Below, piece after piece: positions 63,521 through 64,000 of a stretch of DNA of 64,000 nucleotides. The DNA lies in NCBI RefSeq assembly GCF_006345805.1, contig NC_043006.1, positions 22,506,001-22,570,000 of the forward strand. Direction: 5' to 3'. The first letter of the stretch is position 1. Each line of letters starts with the position of its first letter. This DNA is from Octopus sinensis. Its lineage: Eukaryota. The notes below the pieces were generated by a model, which was given only the letters and a program-made list of their open reading frames with translations, did not search any database and was not told the DNA's origin. The position numbers were made by a program, and so were the translations under genes.

Positions 63521-63769
63521 CTACATGCCCTTCGCATTAATGACTTCAGAAGGTGTGATCTTTTTTTCAATTAATTCAACAATCAGCGACATGAAACTCA
63601 GAATAACGATTATTGTGCTAATAAAATTTACAAACTCAATGTATTGAATACTATTCTCATTTTTTTTATCAACACGCCTATATATATACATTACATACAC
63701 ACACACAAACACACATGTATGTATATAGACAGACGGACATACCAACAGACAGATATAGACAGATGGATT

Positions 63770-64000
<231 letters not shown>

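Overview
AT-rich, repeat-saturated eukaryotic non-coding DNA, most likely from an octopus (inferred from the SINE and microsatellite landscape; no database search was possible). I could not identify a host protein-coding gene: the long ORFs are translations of microsatellites or retro/DNA-transposon remnants, and only two weak exon candidates exist. Contents: about 20 copies of a tRNA-headed SINE (here SINE-A) with an (AAGAGTA)n tail; more than 25 copies of a second SINE (SINE-B) with three alternative tails; a modular tRNA-Arg-like SINE group (SINE-C); LINE fragments (Tx1/L1-like, RTE, CR1/L2-like, several R4/Dong-like RLE elements); mariner, maT (DD37D), pogo-like and hAT elements and MITEs; three non-autonomous Helitrons; Penelope-like termini; and very long (TATG)n, (TA)n, (TAA)n and (GATA)n arrays. 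The most interesting signals are a retroelement network readable within the window. SINE-A shares a structurally conserved 3' stem-loop with a CR1/L2-like LINE. SINE-B shares its 3' end with a Tx1-like LINE, prefers G(A/G)TA targets and appears to insert into its own head to build tandem arrays. R4/Dong-like elements sit in (TAA)n, and one pure (AAT)n tract is flanked by a target-site duplication (TSD). A minimal hammerhead ribozyme lies at 42884-42929. A perfect 40-bp-stem hairpin at 2917-3000 is unexplained. Family names A/B/C are my working labels; many boundaries are approximate to within about 10-20 bp.
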